A DNA stretch of 63,720 nt, filler included, from Lama guanicoe (lineage: Eukaryota), in NCBI GenBank assembly GCA_013239625.1. It is 194 parts of 194 records of this genome, joined end to end, with 100 filler letters (N's around TTAATTAATTAA, not from the genome) between each part and the next. Parts side by side here need not be neighbours in the genome. Positions count along the whole stretch, not along the records: positions 38,488 to 38,716 come from PNXV01043366.1; positions 38,817 to 39,045 come from PNXV01043367.1; positions 39,146 to 39,374 come from PNXV01043368.1; positions 39,475 to 39,703 come from PNXV01043369.1; positions 39,804 to 40,032 come from PNXV01043370.1; positions 40,133 to 40,361 come from PNXV01043371.1; positions 40,462 to 40,690 come from PNXV01043372.1; positions 40,791 to 41,019 come from PNXV01043373.1; 186 more parts are not named here. One strand, given 5' to 3'. The translations under genes and the position numbers were made by a program. The notes below the pieces were generated by a model. The model was not told where the DNA came from. It worked only from the letters and a program-made list of their open reading frames with translations, and did no database searches. Shown piece after piece: positions 38,488-50,889 of this stretch; the first letter of the stretch is position 1, and every line of letters begins with the position of its first letter.

Positions 38488-38716
38488 GATATTGAATATA
38501 GTTCCCTGTGCTATATAGTAGGTCTTTGTTGTTTATTTTATATATAGTAATGTGTATCTGTTAACCCCAAACTCCTAATTTATCCCTCCCCCCTTTACCT
38601 TTTGGTAACCATAAGTTTCTTTTCTATGTCTGTGAGTCTGTTTCTGTTATGTAAGTACATTTGTATAATTTTTTTAGGTTCCACATATAAGTGATATCAT
38701 ATGATATTTGTCTTTC
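38488..38716 (-). mobile_element. L1 3' UTR fragment
   Basis: 'atagttccctgtgctata...ggtaaccataagttt...ttccacatataagtgatatcatatgatatttgtcttt'. Confidence 0.9.
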
Positions 38717-39474
38717 NNNNNNNNNNNNNNNNNNNNNNNNNNNNNNNNNNNNNNNNNNNNTTAATTAATTAANNNNNNNNNNNNNNNNNNNNNNNNNNNN
38801 NNNNNNNNNNNNNNNNCGAAGAAGCCAGTGCACATACCATGCTCTGTAGGGCACGTGGCACAGAGTAAGAGCTCAGGCAATGCCAGGCACACTGGCAGAG
38901 GTGGGGACCAGACACCCATATGTAAGTGAGTAAAACCCTGTGTTACACTAGCTGGCAACTGGGAGGTAGGGAGGTGGACTAATGGAGACCACTCATTGAG
39001 GAAGTGCCATTTGGGGTATGACCCTCTATGTCCCGGGAGCACACANNNNNNNNNNNNNNNNNNNNNNNNNNNNNNNNNNNNNNNNNNNNTTAATTAATTA
39101 ANNNNNNNNNNNNNNNNNNNNNNNNNNNNNNNNNNNNNNNNNNNNACTTGTTGTAATTCTAAAAAGGTCCCATCAGGAAGTTATGGGATGTCATTCATTG
39201 TGCAGACTTCTAATATTTATCAAAGGCAAATGGAATGAACGCGTATGGACGTTTCTTCCTGGTGCCTGCCCCTTTCCTCATGGTACAGCATCTCAGTGCC
39301 AAGCTCTCCTCCCAGCAGGGGTTTCAGGCTGTGAAGGTCCCGGCTCAGTGAGGACTATCTGGATTTGCCTAACCNNNNNNNNNNNNNNNNNNNNNNNNNN
39401 NNNNNNNNNNNNNNNNNNTTAATTAATTAANNNNNNNNNNNNNNNNNNNNNNNNNNNNNNNNNNNNNNNNNNNN

Positions 39475-39703
39475 ATAACAGTTGAAAAATAAATTACAAA
39501 TCATAAAATCAACCGCTTAAATTGTTTTAAAAAATATAGACAAACAGGTAAGCATTTAGCGAGGCTTATCAAGAAATACAGAAAATGGACCCAAACAAAA
39601 TAAGAAATGAAACAGTAGAAATAATATTTGATATTACGGAAATACAAACAAAGTTTATGAAAGCAGTATGAGCTGTTATGTGACAGTCATCTGAACGACC
39701 TAA
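39475..39703 (+). mobile_element. L1 ORF2 fragment (degenerate)
   Basis: Encodes K.LARLIKK..K.TQ.KIRNE-like L1 ORF2 linker sequence. Confidence 0.75.
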
Positions 39704-40132
39704 NNNNNNNNNNNNNNNNNNNNNNNNNNNNNNNNNNNNNNNNNNNNTTAATTAATTAANNNNNNNNNNNNNNNNNNNNNNNNNNNNNNNNNNNNNNNNN
39801 NNNGGGCGTGAAGGCATGGCGGAGTTTGACCAGGAGGAGGTGTAGGTGCAGATTTTGGAAGAATCTGACCAGAAACCAGTGACTGTGGGGTAGAGGGACG
39901 TGGGAAAGGGCACAGCTAGCCTCGGGGTCAAAGTTCGCCTGTTCTCCAGTTTGCACTGGGCCCACCCGAGTGGTACATGGAGTGAGGGGACAGTCTCTCC
40001 CATCCTGGGGTCCCCTTCAGGTTCCCAGTGATNNNNNNNNNNNNNNNNNNNNNNNNNNNNNNNNNNNNNNNNNNNNTTAATTAATTAANNNNNNNNNNNN
40101 NNNNNNNNNNNNNNNNNNNNNNNNNNNNNNNN

Positions 40133-40361
40133 AATTGACGTATGTATAGTCAGTTACAATGTGTCAGTTACAATGTGTCAATGTCTGGTGCACAGCATCG
40201 TGTCTCCGTCATACACACACATACATAGATTCCGTGTCTCCGTCACACACACATACATAGATTGCTTTTCACATTCTTCTTCCATCATAGGTGACTGCAA
40301 GAAATTGAACATAGTTCCCTGTGCTGTACAGAAGGATCTCGTGGTTTATCTGTTTTATATA
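40133..40361 (-). mobile_element. L1 3' end with internal tandem duplications
   Basis: Antisense L1 terminus with GTCAGTTACAATGT twice and an about 33-bp CGTGTCTCCGTCA..CATAGATT unit twice. Confidence 0.85.
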
Positions 40362-41119
40362 NNNNNNNNNNNNNNNNNNNNNNNNNNNNNNNNNNNNNNN
40401 NNNNNTTAATTAATTAANNNNNNNNNNNNNNNNNNNNNNNNNNNNNNNNNNNNNNNNNNNNATCTGTATTCTCTTCAGCAACAGGAAATGGGGTGGGCCC
40501 AGGGAGGGACAGGCATTAGGGAGCCAGTGTCACCGGACAACAGTAGGTCAGCTGTCCCCTGGAGAGCAGGAGCGTTCACTGTGTGCAGCCCGGAAGAGGT
40601 GCAGCCACGCAAGGCTTTCAGTCCCACCCAGCACCTGGTGAATGAGTGTTTCTTCCAGGGCCAGCCTTTGAGCAGGAAGAACAGTGGTCCNNNNNNNNNN
40701 NNNNNNNNNNNNNNNNNNNNNNNNNNNNNNNNNNTTAATTAATTAANNNNNNNNNNNNNNNNNNNNNNNNNNNNNNNNNNNNNNNNNNNNCCTCTAACTT
40801 CTCTACTGTGACTGCTTTAGTCAAAAGCATCTTTTTTTCCTGGACTATTTCAGCAGATGCATAACTGGCTTTCTTCCTTCACCTTTAATATGTCCTACAG
40901 AGTCTTTGCCACACAGCAGCCGGAATAACTTTCCAAAAATTTGAAGAAGTTAAGCAACTCTTCTGACTAAATTCCTTTAAAGGATTCCTGTCTCACTCAA
41001 AATAAGTTCTTAAGATTGTNNNNNNNNNNNNNNNNNNNNNNNNNNNNNNNNNNNNNNNNNNNNTTAATTAATTAANNNNNNNNNNNNNNNNNNNNNNNNN
41101 NNNNNNNNNNNNNNNNNNN

Positions 41120-41348
41120 AACAAAAACAACAACAAAAAAGCAACCCAATCAAAAAATGAGGAGAAGACCTAAATAGACATCTCTTCAAAGAGGACAGAC
41201 TGATGGCCAATAAGCACATGAAAAGACGCTTAACATCACTAAGTGTTAGAGAAATGCAAATGAAAACTACAAGATATCATCTCACATTAGTCAGAAATGC
41301 CATTAAGTAAAAAGTCCACAAATGATAAAAATTGGAGTGGGTGTGCAG
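41120..41348 (+). mobile_element. L1 ORF2 C-terminal fragment
   Basis: Encodes [31 protein letters not shown]. Confidence 0.92.
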
Positions 41349-43093
41349 NNNNNNNNNNNNNNNNNNNNNNNNNNNNNNNNNNNNNNNNNNNNTTAATTAA
41401 TTAANNNNNNNNNNNNNNNNNNNNNNNNNNNNNNNNNNNNNNNNNNNNGAGCAGGGGTTCTGTGGGAAGAGCACGTGAAGCAGGAGCCCCGAACAGCACA
41501 CGCAAAGGTGTTTGAACAGGTGCCGTCGCTTACCTTCCGGTCATCGGGAGCGGACTGTCGGCGGGTATTCTCAGACGTGAATGAACGGGGCAGTTGGTTA
41601 CTTGGCCAGCGTTTTACTGAGCTCAGATCTTTTCAGATGGCTTTACCTTAAATAACCTGCCTGAGCTTGTTCCTTTTNNNNNNNNNNNNNNNNNNNNNNN
41701 NNNNNNNNNNNNNNNNNNNNNTTAATTAATTAANNNNNNNNNNNNNNNNNNNNNNNNNNNNNNNNNNNNNNNNNNNNATAGTATGGTTTATTAATTTATT
41801 AAAATATTCTATAAGAAGTATATCTTGTTTTTCACTATAAAAATAAAGCTATAGTGAACATTTCTGTGCTTAGAGCTATTTTTGGTTTTAGGATTATTTC
41901 ATTATTATTTTAGAATAGTTTTTAGAGGTAGAATATTGGCTTAAGTTATAAATATTCTTAATGATTTTTAATGTATCACAGAGTGATACACTAAATTGTT
42001 GGCAAANNNNNNNNNNNNNNNNNNNNNNNNNNNNNNNNNNNNNNNNNNNNTTAATTAATTAANNNNNNNNNNNNNNNNNNNNNNNNNNNNNNNNNNNNNN
42101 NNNNNNTTAATGGGTCCTTATCATTCATTGTCTGTGTTCAGCTGGTATTGTACAACCTCATATATAGTGTAAGAACCTTAGCAAACAGTATGTACTTCGG
42201 CTTCTCCCATCTTATATGTTTGCCGTTCACATAGTCATAGATTTTATTTGTACATATGTTATAACCCCAATATAATATTATTTCCGTTATAAACATTAAA
42301 TTCTATTTTAAAGCTACATTATAATAAGAAAGAGTNNNNNNNNNNNNNNNNNNNNNNNNNNNNNNNNNNNNNNNNNNNNTTAATTAATTAANNNNNNNNN
42401 NNNNNNNNNNNNNNNNNNNNNNNNNNNNNNNNNNNCCTCCAGCACCTGCACAGGCCGCTTCTCCTTGTCCCTTCCCACCTTTTCAATGTTAACAGCTTCC
42501 TGTGCATTTTATCATTTAATCTCAGAAGTCATCCTCAGCTCAGCTGTGTAGATATAGAAACTCAGGCTCAGAGAGGTGGTGGGATTGCCTGATGCCACAC
42601 AGCAAGACAGCAGGAAGGCGAGGGTTCCAGCAGATTGTATCTGTCTGACCGCCTCGCACCGCCCNNNNNNNNNNNNNNNNNNNNNNNNNNNNNNNNNNNN
42701 NNNNNNNNTTAATTAATTAANNNNNNNNNNNNNNNNNNNNNNNNNNNNNNNNNNNNNNNNNNNNAAACTTTCCATCACTAATCAGATCTGAAGAAATATT
42801 AGATATTGACACGTTATTTCCATTCACATTATTGATAAAATGGTAACTCAGGCTATTTAATTGACTTTCCCACAGATTAGAACATGACTAGTAACTTTTT
42901 TTTTTAAGTAACTGTCTTTTTAGCTGACCAGTGATTCCCTATTATGGTGCATGGCACATTCATAAAATCCCACTCCTAATAATTTATCTTTGTNNNNNNN
43001 NNNNNNNNNNNNNNNNNNNNNNNNNNNNNNNNNNNNNTTAATTAATTAANNNNNNNNNNNNNNNNNNNNNNNNNNNNNNNNNNNNNNNNNNNN

Positions 43094-43322
43094 AAGTGAA
43101 GTAAGCCAGAAAGAGAAAGAAAATACCATATGATATCACTCACATGTGGAATCTATAAAAAGAAAAAAAGAGGACACTAATGAATGCATCTACAAAACAG
43201 AAACAGACTTGCAGAAATAGTAAACAATCTCATGGTTACCAGGGGAAAGGGGGTGGGAAGGGATAAATTTGGTAGTTTGAGATTTGCAACTGTTAGCCAC
43301 TATATATAAAAATAGATTTAAA
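43094..43322 (+). mobile_element. L1 3' UTR fragment
   Basis: 'aagtgaagtaagccagaaagagaaagaaaaataccatatgatatcact..tacaaaacagaaacagact'. Confidence 0.92.
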
Positions 43323-44738
43323 NNNNNNNNNNNNNNNNNNNNNNNNNNNNNNNNNNNNNNNNNNNNTTAATTAATTAANNNNNNNNNNNNNNNNNNNNNN
43401 NNNNNNNNNNNNNNNNNNNNNNGGGCCCAGCCCGTCTGCACTGAGGCCTTTGAGCTCTGTGTCCAGAGCCTTATCACCAGGGCATCCCGCTATCTTCTGT
43501 CAGCTGACCGCCTTCAGGACGGGACTCCGGAACATCAGAGCCCTTGAGCCAGATGCCAAGGGGAGGCTTCAAGAGCTCAGAGATGACCACCACCACCTGT
43601 CTGAGGCTCCCGGCCAGCTGCAGCTTTAAGAGATGCCATGGGGTCCGACTGNNNNNNNNNNNNNNNNNNNNNNNNNNNNNNNNNNNNNNNNNNNNTTAAT
43701 TAATTAANNNNNNNNNNNNNNNNNNNNNNNNNNNNNNNNNNNNNNNNNNNNAAAAAAAAAGAATACAACCCTGGACCCTTGGCCATTCATTCCTCATTCC
43801 TGATGCCCAGACCACACTCAGACCCTCACTGCTCCGGAGATCGGGGGGAAGGCCACAGGCTTACTTGGACCTGGTGCGAGTATCCATCCTGGGCCTGAGA
43901 ACTTAGTTTATTTTAAACCAGTTTCCATTGATGGACCAATTCCATGTCTCCTACAGGTCTGCACCCTGGCCACACACACANNNNNNNNNNNNNNNNNNNN
44001 NNNNNNNNNNNNNNNNNNNNNNNNTTAATTAATTAANNNNNNNNNNNNNNNNNNNNNNNNNNNNNNNNNNNNNNNNNNNNTTAGGTAGACAAAACTTAAG
44101 CAGACTCAAAGATATATGGAAAACTTTATATTTACCAAAGGGAAGGGAAAGAGAATTTAATAGTAAGACATTGAGAGATACAAAGTAGTATACATAAAGG
44201 AGAGAAGCCATAAGGGTAATCTGTATAGATCATGGAAATATACACAATACTTTAAATAAGTGTATGTTACAATTATTGTAATAATTCATAATGCAATATA
44301 ATATTCAAANNNNNNNNNNNNNNNNNNNNNNNNNNNNNNNNNNNNNNNNNNNNTTAATTAATTAANNNNNNNNNNNNNNNNNNNNNNNNNNNNNNNNNNN
44401 NNNNNNNNNGTATGCCCCACTCTTGTCCCCCAAACTGACTGGCACCTGCACTGGGTACCTGCTTTCTGGTGCTCCTGGGTGGCCAGCAGGCTCCAGCTCC
44501 ACCAGGGTTCCCTAAAATTGTGCCCCAGTGACCCCTTAGGGAGTCTGCCTGTTGCTGGTCTGGCCTGAGGCTGACCCCTTTAAGCTGCCTGTGAAATGTG
44601 AGCTTCCTGCCATCACCCGCACCACGCAGTCAGCCACGNNNNNNNNNNNNNNNNNNNNNNNNNNNNNNNNNNNNNNNNNNNNTTAATTAATTAANNNNNN
44701 NNNNNNNNNNNNNNNNNNNNNNNNNNNNNNNNNNNNNN

Positions 44739-44967
44739 TAATCTGGCTGTGATTTCAGTCTGCTCTCTCCCTCCCCATCCACTGCAGGCTAAAACTGGAG
44801 TGTGCATGTCTGAACCTGGATGTCCATGCACATACATGCACACTTCCCCCAAAGCACACTGTGAGAAGGGAAGCTCTCACCACGTAGGCAAGCCAGGGAA
44901 GGGCGCGCTCGAGGGGGATACCAAAACTGGCATTCTTGCAGTGAGAACAGGAATTCCTATCAGGAAT
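44739..44967 (+). repeat. Near-duplicate contig D1 (partner 46055-46283)
   Basis: 5 substitutions and 49 identical bases at each end. Confidence 0.97.
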
Positions 44968-46054
44968 NNNNNNNNNNNNNNNNNNNNNNNNNNNNNNNNN
45001 NNNNNNNNNNNTTAATTAATTAANNNNNNNNNNNNNNNNNNNNNNNNNNNNNNNNNNNNNNNNNNNNGAAAGTTTTCAGAAAGGGATTTTTAACTTAACA
45101 TGTAAGTCCAGTTATCGCTCCCAGGGGGGGTTTTGCCCAAGGAGGAGTGGGGCTTTTTTTAAAGGACTGACAACATTGACGCTACTTCTTTGGTCTGTGT
45201 TTGTATATTTTGTTGGCTCTCATTTTCATGGATGGAGAAATAAAAGAAAATTCATTCCAAATTAATTGAGTTTAAGATTCTACATCCACTTTGCAANNNN
45301 NNNNNNNNNNNNNNNNNNNNNNNNNNNNNNNNNNNNNNNNTTAATTAATTAANNNNNNNNNNNNNNNNNNNNNNNNNNNNNNNNNNNNNNNNNNNNACCA
45401 GGATGCGCGCCCGCCTCCCCTCAGCTGCTCGGGCCCCTCCTGACCGGGTCAGGCAGAATCTGGGGGTGAGTCCAGGCCTCTGTCCTTGTTTGACTTCCAA
45501 AGTGATGCTCAGTGAAATCTGAGAACCACTCGTAGGATCCAACTTCACCATTTCTCAGCATATTTTCTTCCATATTAAAAAAAAAATCTGTTTTCATTAA
45601 GAGGAGTACCAGGTTCTGGCTCTGCNNNNNNNNNNNNNNNNNNNNNNNNNNNNNNNNNNNNNNNNNNNNTTAATTAATTAANNNNNNNNNNNNNNNNNNN
45701 NNNNNNNNNNNNNNNNNNNNNNNNNGGGACGGGGTTCCCTGAATGACATCAGGCACAAACAGGGCAAAGCACATAATGAGGTGTTAGATTGGAAAAGCCA
45801 GGCACAAAGAAGCATTCTTGATCTGATCCCTTGTCCCCCCTGCGCCCAACCTTGCCGCTGAGTGTAATGCATTGTCCTGGGGAGGAAAGAGGACATAGGG
45901 TCGTGGAAAACCCAGCTAGGTGTAGCTCACATTTGTGAACAGGTGGAGGGAGAANNNNNNNNNNNNNNNNNNNNNNNNNNNNNNNNNNNNNNNNNNNNTT
46001 AATTAATTAANNNNNNNNNNNNNNNNNNNNNNNNNNNNNNNNNNNNNNNNNNNN

Positions 46055-46283
46055 TAATCTGGCTGTGATTTCAGTCTGCTCTCTCCCTCCCCATCCACTG
46101 CAGCCTAAAACTGGAGTGTGCATGTCTGAACCTGGATGTCCACGCACACACATGCACACTTCCCCCAAAGCACACTGTGAGAAGGGAAGCTCTCACCATG
46201 TAGGCAAGCCAGGGAAGGGCGCGCTCGAGGGGGGTACCAAAACTGGCATTCTTGCAGTGAGAACAGGAATTCCTATCAGGAAT
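46055..46283 (+). repeat. Near-duplicate contig D2
   Basis: Aligns end to end with 44739-44967. Confidence 0.97.
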
Positions 46284-47739
46284 NNNNNNNNNNNNNNNNN
46301 NNNNNNNNNNNNNNNNNNNNNNNNNNNTTAATTAATTAANNNNNNNNNNNNNNNNNNNNNNNNNNNNNNNNNNNNNNNNNNNNAATAGTAGCCTTAAAGC
46401 AAAGAGCCTTTCTTTATACGTGTCATGCTTAACGAAACAAACAAGCCCAGAGAATCCAAGAAATTCACAACTGAACTTATCTGGATCCAGTGTCCCCCCA
46501 AAGCCCCACTCTTCCGTCCACTCCCTGGGTCAGATGACGCACTCCACCCTCAGCAGCCATTCAGCCTCAGTGACTGCGTCTCCACCCTCACCCTCCTCCA
46601 GCCTCTCCTTCTNNNNNNNNNNNNNNNNNNNNNNNNNNNNNNNNNNNNNNNNNNNNTTAATTAATTAANNNNNNNNNNNNNNNNNNNNNNNNNNNNNNNN
46701 NNNNNNNNNNNNCCGAGGGCAGCAGCCATGTCTGTCTTGTTTACCGTCCCCAGCATTAGCCTTGGGCCGGCTCGCAGTCGTGCTGAAGGTTTGTTAAATG
46801 AATGGATGAAGAGCAGATCTTCTGCTAACACAGCCTTAGCTGTCTGAACATGGGAGAAGGAAACCTGGGAAAAGATGCCCCCAGCTATCTCGGAGATCCT
46901 TGAGGCACATAATGCGGTCACTCGCATTTTGGGGCACTGACNNNNNNNNNNNNNNNNNNNNNNNNNNNNNNNNNNNNNNNNNNNNTTAATTAATTAANNN
47001 NNNNNNNNNNNNNNNNNNNNNNNNNNNNNNNNNNNNNNNNNCCCACCCTGCTCTGGCCCTGGGCAGCTGACCAGTAAGGACTGCATCATGGCATCCCTTG
47101 CCTTCCACCTTGTGGATGGACTCACCCAAGGGAAGCTCTGACTGGAGACTGGAGGAGGGAGCAGGTGAGATTTGGAGCATTGATTTGTGCACCTCCCTCC
47201 CCACCAGGTTGGTGACAGGAGTCACAGCTGCTGCCAGTAGCCCCTCTTCCTCCCCTTCCCAGGACCTGTTNNNNNNNNNNNNNNNNNNNNNNNNNNNNNN
47301 NNNNNNNNNNNNNNTTAATTAATTAANNNNNNNNNNNNNNNNNNNNNNNNNNNNNNNNNNNNNNNNNNNNCTATATGACGTTGAATGTTCCTATCAAAGA
47401 AAAAGATGTCTTGCCACTTAGCTCACATACATTTACCATATTTTTTGTTTATTTATGATGAAGCATGTCAACATTTTGGTTGCCATTTGGCAACATTTGG
47501 TTGCCAACATTTGGTTGCCAAGTTAAACATAAAAATCAGAATATAATGGTAAATATCATGAACTGTTCGAATTTATAATATCACCACAGCAGTTGTTAGN
47601 NNNNNNNNNNNNNNNNNNNNNNNNNNNNNNNNNNNNNNNNNNNTTAATTAATTAANNNNNNNNNNNNNNNNNNNNNNNNNNNNNNNNNNNNNNNNNNNNC
47701 TCTACCTCCTCAGACTTTCGGAAACATTCTGTACTGAAC

Positions 47740-47928
47740 CGGGCGAGAGCTTGAGCTCTGGACACGTGGGCTTGAGTCTCAGCTATTGCTCGCCAGCTCT
47801 GGGCACTTGGAGGGAGAGCTTCTCTCTCAATCTTTATTCCTTCACATGTAAGCTTGGATAACAGTCGATCTTAACACACGAGATGTTGTTGGAATAAGCG
47901 GCATGTAGGTAAAGCATCTGGCACAGTC
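47740..47928 (+). mobile_element. MIR SINE remnant
   Basis: 'gggcttgagtctcagct...ttccttcacatgtaagcttggataacagt...taaagcatctggcacagt'. Confidence 0.65.
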
Positions 47929-48828
47929 NNNNNNNNNNNNNNNNNNNNNNNNNNNNNNNNNNNNNNNNNNNNTTAATTAATTAANNNNNNNNNNNNNNNN
48001 NNNNNNNNNNNNNNNNNNNNNNNNNNNNAAGGAATAAACATGGAATCAAGAGAAAGAGAATATAAATTTCATAGAAAGGCAGGAAAAAGAATAAATTAAA
48101 AATAAGAGGAATAAACACACCCAGACTGACTGAAGAAACTCTTTTTGTTTTTATGTTTATCTGAGGTTATCTGAATATATTTATTCAATAAATCTAGAGT
48201 TATTTCATTGTCAATAGTTCATACCTATATTACACCCTCACCCACAGTTATGACTTANNNNNNNNNNNNNNNNNNNNNNNNNNNNNNNNNNNNNNNNNNN
48301 NTTAATTAATTAANNNNNNNNNNNNNNNNNNNNNNNNNNNNNNNNNNNNNNNNNNNNCAGAGCCTGCACTGACATACACTTCCCAACACGTGCTGCAGGT
48401 GCAAAGATGCAGTGGCTTTGGGGCTGGACTGCTCATTTGTAGGCTATTCAACCACAGACGTGGTAAGGAAGTGCCTGGTACCACGTGTGGTTTCCTCCTT
48501 CGTCAAATTGCAGCTAATGATCTTCCCTGCCTTAGAACTGCCAAGAGGATTCAATGGGGTAATTTATGTCCAGTGTTTAGGACAGANNNNNNNNNNNNNN
48601 NNNNNNNNNNNNNNNNNNNNNNNNNNNNNNTTAATTAATTAANNNNNNNNNNNNNNNNNNNNNNNNNNNNNNNNNNNNNNNNNNNNGACCTTGGTAGTCG
48701 TGGAAGGCCTCCTGGAGGAGAGCCCATTTATGGGGGACTTGGAGGGTGATGTGGGGCTTGGCCTTGCTCTGGTGGCACTGGGACTGGAATTTTCCCAGCT
48801 CCAAACACCCAGTGGTGGCACCTGCCTG

Positions 48829-48915
48829 CAGCTCCTTGTGGCTGAAGGCTTGGGAAAGGTGACCACCCTCATGGGACAGCCCCTGGAACTTCCCTGCCAG
48901 GCCTCAGGTTCCCAG
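48829..48915 (+). pseudogene. HMCN2: Hemicentin-2-like Ig-domain exon fragment, apparently damaged
   Basis: Reads [28 protein letters not shown] versus recalled human HMCN2 [29 protein letters not shown]. The preceding VPP is not preserved and TCC-CAG suggests one C is missing. Confidence 0.7.
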
Positions 48916-49015
48916 NNNNNNNNNNNNNNNNNNNNNNNNNNNNNNNNNNNNNNNNNNNNTTAATTAATTAANNNNNNNNNNNNNNNNNNNNNNNNNNNNN
49001 NNNNNNNNNNNNNNN

Positions 49016-49244
49016 AAAGTAAAGATGTTATTTAGATGGAAGTAGAGCGTTCAATGCAAAGGGACTGAGAATTCCACTGTTCTCACTCCATTTGCTAGAA
49101 TCTCTGGATAATTGTTTACAGTTCTTAGTGCAACATTTAAAAGAATGGCTATGACAAAATTGTATATACTTGCAGGAAAGCAGTCAAGGCAGTAGAAGCT
49201 TAAAACTAACATGAAGAATGCAGTGGACTATTTTACCTCTCAAA
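49016..49244 (+). repeat. Near-duplicate contig E1 (partner 50332-50560)
   Basis: 8 substitutions, the first at base 50. Confidence 0.97.
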
Positions 49245-50331
49245 NNNNNNNNNNNNNNNNNNNNNNNNNNNNNNNNNNNNNNNNNNNNTTAATTAATTAA
49301 NNNNNNNNNNNNNNNNNNNNNNNNNNNNNNNNNNNNNNNNNNNNCATTCCCTTAACAGTAGTTTGAGAAGTGTTGCTCTAGGCCAGTACTAATAGAAATG
49401 TACTGCAAGACACATACAATTTTAAGTGTTCTAACAGTCACACTAAAAAACAAAACAATTGAACAGCATATTTTATTTAACCCATTATTTCCAAAATATT
49501 ATCATTACAGCATGCCATCAATATAAAAATGATTAATGTTCTACCTACTTTTGTGTTTGTGTTTGAAATCCAGNNNNNNNNNNNNNNNNNNNNNNNNNNN
49601 NNNNNNNNNNNNNNNNNTTAATTAATTAANNNNNNNNNNNNNNNNNNNNNNNNNNNNNNNNNNNNNNNNNNNNTGAAAAATTGTTTTTCAAGTTTTGCTT
49701 TCTTCTTTAGATCAAAGGTAGGAAAAGAGGAGAGAAGATGATTTATTTCTAAGCCATCATTTAGATGTGAGTCTGAGAACTGTTGACTTTGGAAAACAAA
49801 GGAAAAAAGGGGATTGGCCTGTAGACAGTTCAAGGAAGAATTTGGTTAAATACCCACCTGCCATGCTTTAGAGGGTTTTTGAACCTTAGACTGGGAATAT
49901 AANNNNNNNNNNNNNNNNNNNNNNNNNNNNNNNNNNNNNNNNNNNNTTAATTAATTAANNNNNNNNNNNNNNNNNNNNNNNNNNNNNNNNNNNNNNNNNN
50001 NNGTAGGAGCTCCAGCCCCATGCACCCTCTCAAGTGTTCTTCAGGCACATCGAGCTCAGCATGTCCAGCAGAAGCTCTTTCCCTTCCCTTTCTCTCCATC
50101 CCCACACTGCTCCTCCTCAGGACCCTTCTCCCCACCAAGGAGAACACCTGACTTCTGCTCTGGTCACTTCCGGAGTGTCTCTTGCATCTTAGACTTTAGT
50201 CAGACCCACTCACTCACAGGTCCCTGGGTGANNNNNNNNNNNNNNNNNNNNNNNNNNNNNNNNNNNNNNNNNNNNTTAATTAATTAANNNNNNNNNNNNN
50301 NNNNNNNNNNNNNNNNNNNNNNNNNNNNNNN

Positions 50332-50560
50332 AAAGTAAAGATGTTATTTAGATGGAAGTAGAGCGTTCAATGCAAAGGGATTGAGAATTCCACTGTTCTC
50401 ACTCCATTTGTTATAATCTCTGGATAATAGTTTATAGTTCTTACTGCAACATTTAAAAGAATGGCTATAACAAAATTGTATATACTTGCAGGAAAGCAGT
50501 CAAGGCAGTAAAAGCTTAAAACTAACATGAAGAATGCAGTGGACTATTTTACCTCTCAAA
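50332..50560 (+). repeat. Near-duplicate contig E2
   Basis: Aligns end to end with 49016-49244. Confidence 0.97.
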
Positions 50561-50837
50561 NNNNNNNNNNNNNNNNNNNNNNNNNNNNNNNNNNNNNNNN
50601 NNNNTTAATTAATTAANNNNNNNNNNNNNNNNNNNNNNNNNNNNNNNNNNNNNNNNNNNNTAATTCTGCACTCTCTCTGGTCAGTCTTTGTGTGATGACA
50701 TTTCTGCTCTGTTATTCATGTTCCAGGTGGGTCACTGAAAGGCCCTGCATTTCTGGGGTTTGGTCTGTTTATGCTATGTTGAGTGTCTTACAACAGAAAA
50801 TTGTTTCTTTTTTTTTTTTTCTAATAATTTTTAATAG

Positions 50838-50889
50838 TTTTTTTTTTTAACTTTTTTTGGCAGGGGGTGGTGATTAGGTTTATTTATTT
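50838..50889 (-). mobile_element. 3' tail of a second Vic-1-type SINE
   Basis: The reverse complement AAATAAATAAACCTAATCACCACCCCC..AAAAAAA matches the tail structure of the SINE at 15511. Confidence 0.75.

Noticed and set aside
41449..41677. Minus-strand exon ending at a GTAAGC donor
   Set aside because: All three frames contain stops upstream and I found no convincing acceptor or known peptide.
44749..46331. Two paralogous 88-aa ORFs suggesting a gene family
   Set aside because: They are two arms of one assembly bubble, start at GTG, run into Ns and have no recognisable homology.
10853..48915. ANKRD26, XPO4 and HMCN2 pieces as a linked cluster
   Set aside because: Their co-occurrence results from pooling contigs by length, not from genomic linkage.
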